NCBI GenBank assembly: GCA_964057225.1
Contig: OZ059898.1
Coordinates: 11,656,001-11,720,000, forward strand
Source: Auanema rhodensis
Lineage: Eukaryota; Animalia; Nematoda
DNA length: 64,000 nucleotides
Direction of reading: 5' to 3'
Part shown: positions 38,670 through 55,388 of the stretch, piece after piece
How positions within the stretch are numbered: the stretch's first letter is position 1
How the letters are laid out: the number at the start of each line of letters is the position of its first letter
Made by a program: the position numbers and the translations under genes
The notes under the pieces: model-generated
Told to the model about the DNA's origin: nothing
The model's database searches: none
What the model saw: only the letters and a program-made list of their open reading frames with translations

Positions 38670-40211
38670 CGGGTGAGTCTGTGTGTGTGGTAAAATTCGC
38701 AAAAAAAAAAAAGTTTCATAAATGAAGTTTGAAATCTCAATTAATCTATAAATACTAAGATCAAAATGAAAAATATAAAATCAATAAATCTTTTATATAT
38801 TATATATCAAGTTTTAGTATAAGGTTGTGTATCTTAAGGATTTATAAATAAAATATAATTTCTAATTTATGTTTTAGCTTATGCATAAGATTAAAGAGTT
38901 ATATAAGCAAGAAAGGGCATGGAAAGCAAATGGGATCAGAGAGCCTTTCTTATTTTTGAGAATATTAGGCAAAAATGTAGAATTAGTTGCTTTATAGTTC
39001 ATTGATAGAATTAACTAACAATGCAAGGCTCGTTGAACCTTTTACCTAAAATGTCAAGTTATCGTTGTCGTTGTGAGGGCTGGCTAGCATGGTCCACCAG
39101 TTAGTCGGTTGTCGTTTATTTACACTTGAAATCATCTTGGCTTCAAAAGTACGTAATATGATCTTTTGAAGGGAAGGTAGAAAAATAAAGTCAAGTTATT
39201 AAATTTCAATGATGTTATCTGTGGCTAAATATAATAAGTCATCAACTTAATATAGAGTCATATTATATTATATGCCAGCTTATGTGGGTGGAGGAATGAG
39301 GTCAACTGTTTTTCTAATTTTAATGACGAAGTTAGTAAATTTGAATGTTTTCTGGTTCTTTAACCAGTTTTCACTTATTCTCGCATTTCCTTTGATCGAG
39401 CACTTTATGCTATACACCGTTGACAAAGCTTGGAGTTTATATATAACAGTTGACAAACTTTGCATCATCCCTGTCAGATTGATGTGGAGTTTTTCAATTA
39501 CCAAATAAGTGATGTCACGTTGTCATGATGTCTGTGAAACACATGATGATGATGATGATGATGCGTCAGAATTAAATATAGAGAGAAAACCTTTCTATTA
39601 CGACCTCAGGCAGATTTGGAAATGAAGTCTTCATTAGATAAATGATTTTTCGACTGAATCCAGCATGCTTGAGATCAAAGACGATGCGCGTTCATGTTCG
39701 ATGTCTTTCTACCCATCTCTCGTTGGCATCACACCCTTGGTCTCCCTATGCTTCATCCTCCTACTCTTCATTTCCATTCTTCTAAGCAACAAAAGTTGGT
39801 TCTTTCCAGGAAACTGCTTTTGGATGTAAAATACGATTAGAAGCTTATAGCAAAGTTTTTTTTTATATTTCTTCAGTATATACAAGGTCTCTTTTTTTTT
39901 GTTATTGTTAGGTTTCCTCTTTTTCTCATTTTACATTTAACTTTGGAGATAATCCAACCGATTTTCATTTACTTTTCATGGAATTTCGTGCAAAAATGCA
40001 ACATGTACATACTTCCTGCTTTTACCTTTTCAACAGATTTTATATTTCAATGAAGATATCATCCAAATATCTATTCTATAAACCTAAATATATATAATCG
40101 TTTTCAGTGGTTCAACGAGTAGGCGGAGGCAGGTTGGCCTTAGCTCCGCCTTTCAAGCGCATTCTCTTGTAACTCCGCCTGGAAATCCAGTGCTCCCAAC
40201 GTTGTTCCCAA

Positions 40212-43200
40212 ATGTTTCCACGAAGTTTTGTGCTTTTAGCCATTGTTGCTCTTCTTCTTATCAGTCAGATAGCTCAAGCACAGAGGTAAGTCACATTATC
40301 TTAATGTATCATGTACATACAAAATCACTGCCCGATTGACGTCGTTATATGACGCTCGAAACCTAATTTCATTTTCATTTTTCGCTAAACTTTCTTTCTA
40401 TCACTTCACTCAACTGATATCCAACATTTTCTTTCAATTGACTTTTCAAAAGCGGATGTTTAACTATAAAAATTGAGATAAACAAGATTAGTATGTGTAA
40501 ATTTGATAAATATAGTCATTAAACAGTATTTTTATTCCATCCACAGACACACATACATACATACATGCATACTCATCATCATATTGTTTTCGAAGCTTTG
40601 AAAGCTTCTCTAATTTCCATGTGTCTTACATCAACAGGTTAAGTTTATATCCTCATTTTGCTCATTTTGAAACAACAATGTTAATGTGAATATGCTAATA
40701 TTGTGTTCAACTCAATGTCTTGTCTTAGTCAATTTACTGATTTTGCTTTTTCATTCTTTTTTTCTCGTTTTTGTCTCTTCTCCTCCAATCCTCATTGATG
40801 TACATCGTTAAAGAGCGTTTCCTCTTCAATTCCACACCCTCTTTCCCCCCTACGTTGAATATTACTTTTTTTCGCCTAAAAATAAATGAAAACGATGCTT
40901 CTAAAACAGGAAGCTAAAGAATAAGAATATAATTAAAATGGATATGCATTATTCTATTTGATATATCCATCCATATTTGTATATACTAAATGGCTCAAAT
41001 TATGATTAATTGCAAATGAATTAAGTCAATGCCTACATGATTATATGCTCTTCTACCATCATTCTCTTCATTCTTCATTATCATCATCATCCTCGTCTTC
41101 TTCTTTTCTTTTTTCTTCTCACTGTGCTCTTTCTTCTCTTTATACCTCTTTGTTCTACTTAATTCAAAAGAGAGCAAAAAACTAAGAAACTTTTGTCATG
41201 GAAAGTAACAGCATTGTGTGACCCATTCAGAGAAGCGTACTCTCAAATCCAAGGTTCAAACTTTAAGAAAAGTAGAAAATACATCTTTGGTAACTTGATG
41301 ATAAAAGAAGTTGAAATTCACGGGTCATTCACCAACAACAACAACAAAGTGCTTTCGTTTGCCTTTATTCTTGACAGCATCATCGCTTTCTTATGATATT
41401 CAAAAAACCTTTGACGTTTTTGATGATCAAAAATCATAAGTTTAGCGTAAATGGTCCCTTGAAACAGTCTGATGAACTTATTAGAAAAAAATGACGTGGC
41501 TAACAAAGAAAGGTAGATTAAGTTTGATCAAAAATTCTGCTATTCTGCCCTCCAGTTTGCAAAGTCTACGTGCAATACCAGAGCACTAGACCATTGTTTC
41601 TAACGACAAATAGATTTCCTATCACGTCGGTTATTGCATTATGCTTCATATTGGCAAAGATCTTGTTTCATAAATCCAAGGTAATAGTTTTAACTTCAAC
41701 AAGACATTGGTTTTTGCCTCTTAGAGAAATCTAAAATCAACAAATTTCATTTGGTTTGTTCCAATAAACTTCAATTTTAGTCTCTGTAATGCAAGCATTC
41801 ATTGTGTGTCCTATCAGTCTAATGTTATTTTAAACTTGCTAGTACTACTATTTTGAGTAGTTACATATACATAAGAGTGATCTCATATTCAATTAACCTT
41901 TGCTTCGACCCTCTTTCTCTCTCTCTTTCTCTTTTCCTTTTCCTTTTTTTCCATCTATATATAGAGGGTAGTAAAAGACGTAATGTTATTACATTACCCA
42001 CCATCATCTTTTCAAAAAGATCTTTGCTTACACATATATCATCATCCTTTAATATTCTCTATTTCTAGTGATGAGTATGAGTTCAATCGACAACTACGAG
42101 GTTCAAAACCGAAATTTATCCGTTTCGGTAGAGCAGGAGCTAAGTTTATCAGATTCGGACGTGCAGGAATAAACACATGGGTCAGTTTCATTTTGATAGC
42201 TTGACTCCAAGTCAAATAATATCCAAACAATATCATCAATACTTCCAAACCATTCTTCCCCTATACACTTTCTAATTTTGAAGTAAAAAATTCATGAAAT
42301 CGTGAGAGACAAAGATGAAAAGGATAAGATTGGAAATAAGTTGAAGGGTTTAGAAGGCTCTTCAGAAGCCCTATATCATTGTTTTTCACAATATTGCGGG
42401 CGATTTTTCGTTTTTTTGTGAGGAAAAAATAAAGATGTTGATTGTGCATATCAACGAATTTATGTTTTCACTTCAATATGAAAATAAATATCCGGCAAAC
42501 TTTGAGTTGACGTATTAACGGGACCATTCTTAACCTGCCACAAGCATTACAATTCAGTATTCATCGTCATCTCTCGTCATTTATTCAAAGAAGATTTAGA
42601 GAGGGTAAAATCTTTTCTCAAACTCTCAGAAAACAACAGCATCGAAGATCTGGTTGAAAGCATTACATATTACAATAGTATTGGAACAACTAGCATGAGT
42701 AGGTGGGAGGTAAGGCGGGAAGAGAGAATGAGAGCAGAAATAAAGCAAAAGAAGTGCTTATAATCGATACGTTTCGGCCTTTTTTTGTCTTTATTCGTCA
42801 ATTTGTTGAAATTGAAAGGTTTCTGTCTTATAACATGTTGTTCTTGAGATTTGTGCATTTTAGGTTAGACAAAGCTGTCTAACGGAAACGGAATAGCGAG
42901 AAAATTTCATTTTCTGTTTGATCGAGCTTCGAGCTTTTCGCATGTTCGTCTTTGAGATGAAGCGTTGATTACTCGTCTTTTCGCATTTACTATTACGTTT
43001 GAACGATATGATGGGACGAAATGGCAATGCTTTCGAGTTTGGAGGAAGAATATAAAGGAAACGAACGACCAAGACAAACTGAACAAAGAAGAAAGGCTAT
43101 TCGAGCTGCAAGAAGAAATCACTGAGCATCTGCTTTCACCGAATCTTGATTACCAAACATCGAGTTCAGCTTTATTGTCAGACAAAACAATGGTTCAATA

Positions 43201-44464
43201 GAGAATTTCTATTGCGGCTGCATTGCAAGATCCGGAGAGAGCACTAGAGAATCGCCCTCCCGGTCATAAAAGGCTTGCGAATTGTCATATCTCCTGTATA
43301 TAATGATGTGTGTGTCATCTAATATTCTGGCAAATAATCGAAAAAGCAGCCATTTGGAGATGAGTGTGAACCTTTTACTCAAAAACATTTAATAGCTTTT
43401 CTACAGCTTAGAGTCAAGCTGAAAGCATATGTATGAAATGAGTTGTCACTGCACCACTTTCATGCAGATTATATGTTCAAAAAAAAAACAACAGTCTGGA
43501 TTAAAAATATGGCTGTTGATATGTTATGAGATACGTCAAAAAAGGAAAACCAGGAACTTTAAAATCTGTTCCATATACAATGATTTTCAATTCTATTTCT
43601 TCATTCATTGAAACCTTGCCACACGTGTTTGAGTGTTCCAAGATTTTCTTTTTCATATCTCGCGTGCATTCCCATTTCTGCTTACATCTCATGTGTGAAG
43701 AAGTGGGGGAGATCTGCTCAGCAAAAAAAACTTCAATACGGGATGTATGCATGATTTTTTCGAAAAATTCCATACTTAGTTGCGACATAAAAACGCGGTC
43801 AGCAGCATAACTATCAACTAAGTGTATGCATAGAGCTTGCTAAGGTCGAATTGCTTTAACCTGAGTAGGTGCACCTGAACCAGCTGGAAGAAGGACTGGC
43901 ATTTACGTCATCTACATCATATCATCTTTTAACGACATTGAATCCATGTATTGCTCGACATGTGGGTGTTATAGAGTATAAACAGAGTAACAAAAGAAAT
44001 AATATGGAATTTGCATCAATCGTAGTAACGAAACCGAATATTTCTTATGCTTTAAATTCCGTGTTTATAATTGTTGTAGCAGCCAACAAAACAGTGACAT
44101 ATCTCTATTGCAATCAAAGAATAAGAAAAAGTCGTTTTCTTCATAACAACAAAAGCAGTACGTACGTAAGCTTTGCTTGCGAATTAATGGAAAATATATC
44201 TCAGTGAAAATTTCCATTCAGTCTCACACAAAATCACTTCCTGTCATTGGGTGTTACTCTGTGTCCACGAGTAACTAAAGTCTTAAAAAATATAATTGGG
44301 AGGGTTTTGCCTAGCTTAAAACGGTCATTTTCTATGAAGAAATTTTCGTAATGTTTAGCTAATTATTCATGTTACAGGATGATTCCGTGGCCGACCAGCT
44401 GATAGACGATGCTGACGATGACATCGTGAAGAGAGCTGGAGCTAAATTCATCCGATTCGGCTAA
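40212..44464 (+). CDS. flp-5: FMRFamide-like neuropeptide precursor FLP-5 (3 exons)
   Basis: Exons 40212-40285, 42069-42180 and 44378-44464 encode a signal peptide, then GSKPKFIRFG-R, AGAKFIRFG-R and KR-AGAKFIRFG*. These are the diagnostic flp-5 peptides. Confidence 0.95.
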
Positions 44465-45234
44465 TCTTTCTGCGCACTATGTACATCTGTGGTGGAAATA
44501 TATAGAATATAAGTTATTTCTCTTGTGCTCTTATATCCTTACTCTGTACGATTTCTCTTATTCATTCCAGCAGACAACGTTTGACTTTCTGAATAATAAA
44601 TTCTCAGTGATAGTGCCTATGGTACTAGCAGAATGAGGTTCTTATTTGTTAAAACAATGTTCGATCACAGTATGAAATCCAAACAAAAAGACATAAATAT
44701 ACTACAGTATGACATATTTATATACATAGAGAGTCATTTATACATATATGCAGCCCCTACAAATTATGAGTATAATCTTTCGCGTATAAATAACCCAGCT
44801 GTGAAGCAACCTGAAACAAGGATAAAACACGAATTGGTTTTAAGAACAATAGAAAATTCATTTAAATACTGCTTACCTACGATGACAACTAAAGCAAGAA
44901 ACATTGTGTAAGGTATGATCAATCCAAGTTTTAATGGTGGAAACAAGAAGGAAAACCAAGGGAAAAATGGCTAAGACAGAAAGGCAATCACCAGCTAAAG
45001 TCAGTAATTCAACTTACTAATAAGTATACCCAACAGAAGAAATACACGGAAATACTTAAATAGGTTAATAGAAACATTCCACCAGCAATTGTACTTTTTT
45101 CCATATGTACTGCAATTAATTTGAAACTGTTTATGAAGTTATTAATAGGCTAAGCATTCAATGACGACTCATGCATCTGATTCCATAGTAAAGAACAAGA
45201 AACAAATACAAGAAAAACAGTTTATACGTAAAAA

Positions 45235-47486
45235 TCATTTGGAAATTATGAAATTCATGACAAATTCTACTATTTGATTATATGTTTCTGGAATTAGTGA
45301 GATTTTCAAGAAATAATCAAGAACTACTGGAGATCCTTGAGGCTGCTGGAAGTACACTTCTTCCAAGCTAGAATCCATATAACATGCTCTGAAATGTAAA
45401 TTCATAAACACTTTGATGACCCTGATCAGTATTTCTTACATTCTCCATAGTACACTGACAATAAGATGTGTATGCTTCTTCTCAAATCCCGTAATTGTAC
45501 TGGGATCAAGATTGAACGTGGACAGTAGATCGACCAAATATTGAGAGCTTGATGACGTTTTACCGAAAAATCTTTCCATTTTCATCCATCTTAAGCAAAA
45601 ATTAATTAATTAAAGAAGATGATTCAGAAATTCACGTTGGCTTCAATGACTCAATAAGTATTCGAAGCCGCTTCCTTTTCACGTCTAATGAATCTACATC
45701 CGGCAATTTCACATTTCCCTGCTAAAGAAAAGACAATACCAGGATGCAATGATAGAAAAGTTACATTTTCAGAGAAATCACCCTGCATATACGACAACAA
45801 AAGTTTGTCTGTATCTCCACAAGGTTTACGACCTCCAGACTTCACAATTTCTGCTGTTTCAGCAGTCCACCAATTCCTTAAAAGTGCAATTTAAGCTTCC
45901 TATTCAATGTGCATAAAATACTTGAAAAGTTCAATCACATAGTGGGCATCGTCTTGATTCGCTGGCATCACTTCAACCTCCTTTACTATTTTTGAAGAAA
46001 TATCAGAAGAGGGGCCTTGGTCAACATCTGGATACGATTCCTAAAAAAAACAATTTTTCAAACGTTAAGCAGATATTTTTTACTTGTCCAGGGACTGAAG
46101 CTTCAGCTCTAACTGTTTCTCGCAGCTTGGCAGTACTTATAGGTAAAGCATCAATCATGACTGGGGCAGCTCTTTTGTTGTTTCCATACTTCGACCTGAG
46201 AAGTAAATTGAAGTTACTAAAAATATATCCGACTCAATGGAAAAAACTCATTTTTTTCCCGAACACAACCACTACCTAATGTTTCTTAGTTTTTCTTCTT
46301 TGTCCACTAAAGCTTTGTTGTTTTGGCTTTTTGGACTCACTGATATGTCCTTGTTACTAAAGAAAAGTATATAAATACATTTATACCAAATGGCAATGTC
46401 ACCTTTTTAAATTAGAGCAATCGGTCATACCCGAGAAATACGAAGGCTGATATCCAATATTTTCATTTGTAGATGGTAATTTGAAGGGATTACGACTAGA
46501 GTCTTTCGTAGCATTTGGTTTCTGTTTGATGAAACGCTGAAGCGAATCGAGAAAGTCTTGATCATCCTGCAAACACAAACATTTAATTTCCAATTTTCAC
46601 GTAATCTCATACTTTTCCCGCAATGCCATCCTCGTCACTATTGTCATCATCAGATTCAGCCCGTTCAGCTATCTAAACAAATGCTTGCATTCATATATGT
46701 GAACGTATTAGCTTCGTATCAAACCTTTAATTCATTCAAAGATTTCACTATGTTAGAGGTTTTCGATATAATTTCAATGGGCTTTAAGCGACGATATTCT
46801 TTATGTTCATCTGTTACGGGGAAATCGTGTTGTATTTTATAAGTTTTTCCTAAACCTCATAAATAATAACGTAAAACTCTAAAAAAAGCAGTCACTGACG
46901 AGTTCTTGTGTCATTTAAACCGGTAATCCATAAAGGATGTTCATCTAACTGAGCTTTAATAAATGACGATCTTTGAAAACAATTAGAGGTACAGAATCGG
47001 TTTCGCTCCTTATTTGCTTCAAAGATCTGAAAACATTAATGACATGCTTATGATATTCAACCAATCTTGCCTTTCTTTCTTTTCGATCAATGTAATAAGT
47101 TTGGGACTGATGAGGTATGTGCTCCTTATTGCATAAAGGAAAGCCGCAAAGCTTTGCCAAACTTCGTTCTTCAATAACCTCTTCCCATGTTGTAAGATCC
47201 AAATTAGGAAGCTGAATGTGAAACAATCAAGATAAGAGAGATCAAGTTCTATACAAGGGAAAGAAGCTCATCCTCTGGTACTGTATCGGTTAGTGTTACA
47301 ATAGAGTCATGAACAGTTTTTCTCAATTTCTTTTCGATAAGTAAGCGTTCTTGAAGTTTAGCTAGTTCTTCCTTATCTGGAAAACAATCCATTAATAATT
47401 CTCCAAAAAATCTTTCAGGAAGTACTTTCATTTTTCATGACCTCCTCACTAAACTGCACCATTTTGGATTGCTTTTCAGACAACAT
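45235..47486 (-). CDS. RPAP2/Rtr1-type RNA polymerase II CTD phosphatase
   Basis: Spliced product: WEEVIEERSLAKLCGFPLC..YYIDRKERKIFEANKERNRFCTSNCFQRSSFIKAQLDEHPLWITG (Rtr1 zinc finger), with C-terminal LPDVDSLDVKRKRLRIL..TFNL. It requires a GC-AG intron at 47027-47070, and an acceptor lies immediately before the ATG. Confidence 0.88.
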
Positions 47487-47859
47487 CTAAATTAAAAGCA
47501 GTTTTGAATATTTATATATACAATGGCATAAAATAAGTGAATTTGGAACAAACGCGATATAATTTTAAAAAAAAACACGAAAAGAAAATTCAATATCTCC
47601 AAGAGATCGTAACAGCTCACAACTTAGTGAATTATCACAAGGTCGAATCACATATTTTAGCTATATATTCACAATTTTTATATTTACACAACTAGTTTGA
47701 TTATGGTCATGAAAAGTGACTCCAAGTTTCGTTTTGAATTTGAAAGAAAAATTATTAAAAATCAAAAACGAAAAACTTAGATTTTGTAAGTCTTTCCCCG
47801 TACTGATTCAAAATTAGGGCTTTGGAACTGTTAGGGTTGCATATACAGTAAAGTGGCCG

Positions 47860-50283
47860 CTATTGCGCGCCAGAACAAAATTCTACAATATTTCTAATTC
47901 GATCAGTGCAAGAAATTGAAGTTTCAGGCTGAACAGTGGTTGTATTTGTTGTTGGTAACACTTCAGAACGATGTCTCATCAAGGTTTCATATGTTGTTGT
48001 TGTTGCAGAGATCTGAAATTAAGAATATATGATAACGACTAAATGATAGGATTCTCTACCTGGTAGCATTGCTGCAAAAACAGCATAGACAGCGCGAATG
48101 CATGGAAAATTGCAAGAATAATTCCCATAATAAGCAAACATTCTGATTCCAAGTAAAAATCTGGAAAAAGGATATTGAATAATTAAAGATTTTGAATGAA
48201 TGATGATCATTTGGTGTTTCATTTTCTCATATTAGCATATATTCTTCACTGTGACGTTTCACACTAAAATCATTTTCAATGTTGAAAGTTTTAGAACTAG
48301 TTGAGCATACGTCGTCTTTCATATCAACAAAAGAAAATATAAATAGAATATGAAAACAGTAAAAAGTGACGTTTTCTATTTTGTTTTTAACAGAAAAATC
48401 ATAATCAACTCACCAAATCCTTCATAGCGGATTATTTTCGTAGAATAGCTGATACTAGCTCCACAAAATATGGCAGCAGAAGCACCAACACAAAAAGCGA
48501 ATATTATGAAAGGCCTAAGATTTTTTTTGGTAATACATTGATGAAGCCATGGACAATGATGATCGAAGTTCTTTACACACCTGAAATTTTTGTCAGGATT
48601 AACACTTTAAAAATGAAGACTATTACCGATCACAAACGGAGCAATGCTTGGATTTTGCGGGTTTATCAACCATGCAGAAAAAGCAATATGTTATTCTAGG
48701 GCACAATGATTCCACAGTTTGAACAAAGGCATCTGCAGATTCATTCTTTTGAACAACTCCGGGATCTCCCAAAGATATCCTGAGAAAAATTAAACTAAAT
48801 ATCTAATGAAAGTTTCTGTTTACTTGAAAAGAGTAATGAAAAGTGCAATTAACAGGAAAACAAAAGAAATTTGAAGCCACCATGGTGCATACCAATGAAC
48901 TTTGGTTACCCTAAAGAAATAACTAATGTACAAATCAACATTTTGTAACCAACCACAATATGAACATCAGAATAGGTTCAGAAACACAAATTCCAATTGG
49001 TATCAGACTAGCATCAGGACCATGCATTTCAAGTCTGATACATTTAAAGCATAGTAACAAAACACTTCCTAATAAAGCAGCTGCAAGCCCATAATGAAAA
49101 GAATGGAACAAAAAAGCGGTGAGAAAAAACATAACCCCTAAAAACCACAATAGAACTGATAAAAAATAAATGAATATACCTGGTAGAAGGAACTCGAAGG
49201 GTTTTCGTAAATAGCTTAAAGAATAACAAACAGGTCTTGGAAGAATTCCTTGTTTAATAGCAGCATTTTCCAGAGAATCTGAATTTTCAAATTAATCACA
49301 TTTCAGTAATATTAGCTTACTTATTATACGATGATTACGATTAGTTCTAGCAATATCTAAAGCAGTTTCTTGTTGTTTGTTACGAACTGAAACGTCTGCC
49401 CCCGCTTTCAAAAGTTCACTATATATTAATATGATTATTAGCAATTCAAGTTAAACAATACCTGACTGCAACGTAGTTTCTTTCTTGAGCAGCTAAGTGA
49501 AGAGCTGTGTTTCCCTTAAAATTAAGTTTCACTGTTACATGTATACATCAATGTTTACCTGAAGATCTTCCTTGATATTGACATCGACATTTTTCCTTAA
49601 AATTAAACGAATTGGAAATACAGAAAAGCATCTGAATGCAGCCCACATCACTGGGGTGGTTCCTAAATTTATGCTATGTTCTGTTACAAAAATCCTAAAC
49701 TAACCGCTATTATCAGTCAAACTAGCACAGTCAAACTTTTCTAATAAATACGCAACCACATTAATATGCTGTCCCTGAATTATACATATTGCAAAAATTT
49801 ATAAAATATGAAAATATACCTGTACAGCAAGATGAATTGGAGTATAGCCTTGAGTATCCCGTACATTGCAAACAGCTCCAGCCTGAATTCAATTGGTATC
49901 TCTAATAATGTAAAGTTTTAATATTACCTGCACAAGAACGGCACAAGCTCCCAAACTTCCTACTCGAACTGCCCAATGAAGAGGCGTAGATTTTAAAACA
50001 CCACCTATCACATTTGGATCTGCACCTTCTTGTAAAAGCCTAAAAAAATAAAATATACTTGATCCCTCCTGCTTCAAATTACCTTTGACAAATTGGTACT
50101 CTGTTATTGATAGATGCCCAATGTAGTAGAGAACAATCATCAGGATCCTTTTCATTTACATTCAGACCAGCCTAATCAAATATCAAAAGTAACGAATAAG
50201 ATTGAATGAAAAACCTGTATAAGTTCTTCCAAAGCATCTAGCGTACCAGTTTGACAAGCTGTAACAGCCCGACTGATATCCAT
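47860..50283 (-). CDS. dhhc-14: Ankyrin-repeat DHHC palmitoyltransferase (ZDHHC13/17-like)
   Basis: Ankyrin repeats (SLLHWASINNR, TPLHWAVR, TPIHLAVQ, NTALHLAAQ), TM segments and [23 protein letters not shown] are present. An extra in-frame first exon may start at 50412. The symbol is inferred from family and adjacency to sdha-1. Confidence 0.85.
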
Positions 50284-50644
50284 AAATCCCTCCGTTCGAG
50301 ATCTGATAATTTATGATTATTTGAACTTTATGAACTTTTAATGAAAAGATATTGTGGATTGTAAACCGTTGACTTAACAGTTTAAAACTACATATAAAAA
50401 TTTATTATCCATAACACGGACTATGAAAAATCCCTATTAATTATCTCTCTAATTTACTATGCAAACCGGCAAATTGAAAAGTAGCATAAATAAGATGCTA
50501 CAGACGGAGAAAGTTTTTCTACGATATACTATATGGACATAACAAGCATTGACGTTAATGTAGTTGAACTGTACTATGAACACCCACATGGCGCTCATTC
50601 ATAACGAAAACAACATAAGGGTAGGGTCTGTCGTAGATTATAAT

Positions 50645-53196
<2,552 letters not shown>

Positions 53197-54737
53197 GGTT
53201 TGGCTGAAATTTCAAAATATTAACTATAAATGAGAAAAACAACAACAAATTAAGTTATGTGGGATGGACATGAGTTCTAAACACAATGCGATTACTTTAA
53301 ATACGCAAAGCGCACTCAATTCGCGTCAATCATGTGCGGTACATTGTGTACACAACCTGCCGCAGGAAACAGATATGAAGCTGATAAGGTTTCTGTTTAA
53401 AATCAAGTGTTACCTTTTCAAGAAAAAATGCTAGTGTGCAAATGAGCAACAAGGTTCTTTTTAATTTATTTATAGATAATAAATGTTCTTTAACCGAAAA
53501 AAACAACGAATATATATGTATATGTATTAATATCTTTTCAAAATATCACCCCTATTATGGATATATTCATGATTGCAACATCTGAAATAGTACCAAGAAT
53601 TTTCAAGACATAAGAGGAAATAATTCTCTGTAAAATAATTATTATGATATTTGAAAGATTGGAACTACTGTTTTACTTGGTCACACAAAGAATGACCTTT
53701 CACGTGTTAAACTTTCATGCATGGTATTACAAACGTTGAAAAGAGAATATACTAGTATTCATACAATAAATATTTCTCTGTGAGTAGTACAAATGCATGT
53801 TTTAATTATAAACTCACTATAAATAATCATTAAATTAACCACTTTTAAGTGTTTAAATCAATATTAAAGGAACATAATTGATATATTAATTTACATAAAC
53901 ATAAGTAATCTTCTTCTATTCAAAATGTTTATGATGGTAGTAAAACAAATGTAACATTGAAACAAGTGCACTTACAATTTATTGTCCCATATCCATTAGT
54001 GAAGCACCTTTCATGGAATGTGATTAAGTGCAGTATTAGGAAATGTTGAGGATAAAGTGATTAACATCATCCTTACAATCAATTATGAGAAAGCATCCAT
54101 ATGCTCTTTCATTCAATAATAACAGCACATTCTGTAATTCTGAATACTTTGGGAAGTAATATCATACGTATGCTATACGGCAATATATTTTAATTTAAAT
54201 ATAAGTGTATACAATTGTATATAATGAAAGTTCAATATCAATGTGAAATGGAGACAAGGAAGTTACGTAGTGAATCCATTTATGAATCATTATTTATGGA
54301 TAAAAACATATTTGTTTATGAATTGAAAAGGAAAGGATAAACGAAATGGGTATTATTTCTATAGATATTGACCGTTGACGTGTGAAAATTCAAAAAATAC
54401 TGTTCACGTAAAAATATTTCATTTTATTTGCTTAGTGGACTGATCGGTTGTGAACAGTTATAATGGAAGAATTGGGGATGATTATTCAAAAGATTTGAAG
54501 AATTTGTTATTTTTCTTTCATTTATTTAATAATAATTATGATTTAACAGTATATTTATCAATTAATTATTTTGAAAAAGTAGACTTTATTGATTACATGA
54601 TTTATAATTTGGAATTTGCTACGTGCAATTAGTTATTCTTAAACATATTATTTAAGAATATCTTCTCAACATATTGACAGTGATATTAGAATTATATTAA
54701 GAATTAACGATTATTAACAAGAAAACAGGATAAGTAA

Positions 54738-55185
54738 TCAGTTCTTACAGCAAACTACTAAATTAAAAGTGTATAATTGGTCGTATGCTCTGAATTTCAG
54801 GTAAGAACTGCCAGCATGTCCTAGAAGCATCAAATCATCTCCACTTGAATCTTTGTCCTATATTGGTAATGTTAAAACCTCAGCAACTATCATTAGTACA
54901 ACCTTAATGCTGACATCAGGTTGAATAGACAAACGAAGTGTTGTTTCTTGAAATCCACTAGGACATTTGGAATTTGCTCGCAATACGCACAGAGATTCTT
55001 CAGTCCAATCAAATGCAACATTATTTTCGGCTGTTTCTGAAAACATATAAATTTGATAAAACTTTCTATTCACGTTGGAATAGAATCAAACCATTGTCTG
55101 TAGCGAATGGATAAATATCATTCAGCGACAAAGCTGTTACTGATAGGCAGAGAGTGGAATAAATAGGTAAAAGTTTCAGCAACAT
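54738..55185 (-). CDS. Small secreted HRG-3-like (heme carrier-like) protein, 3 exons
   Basis: Product: MLLKLLPIYSTLCLSVTA-LSLNDIYPFATDNETAENNVAFDWTEESLCVLRANSKCPSGFQETTLRLSIQPDVSIKDKDSSGDDLMLLGHAGSSYLKFRAYDQLYTFNLVVCCKN*. The pattern W..C.L..CP.GF..LG..G..YD..Y..CCK matches my recollection of C. elegans HRG-3. The gene model is solid; the family call is less certain. Confidence 0.65.
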
Positions 55186-55388
55186 CCTCAACCTGTGAAG
55201 AATTTAACAGTGATGGTTGATATTCCAATCTTCACTACCCTTGTCTTTATGGCAGCTGAGTAAACGCCATTTCAAAAAATTTCAGTAATCAAATATTTGG
55301 TATTAACACATCTCGCAAAGATAAAAATTTATTCAACTGTTTAAAAATTCATTTTATTCGTTCATTAAGTTATTGGATGCCATACGCT

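Noticed and set aside
42860-44207. ORFs in flp-5 intron 2 as a nested gene or transposase
   Set aside because: They are short and interrupted, with no convincing domain; a decayed TE cannot be excluded without a search.
49156-49179. Apparent 24-nt GT-AG micro-intron in the DHHC gene
   Set aside because: It reads through in frame as part of a hydrophobic TM segment (LLPGIFIYFLSVLLW).
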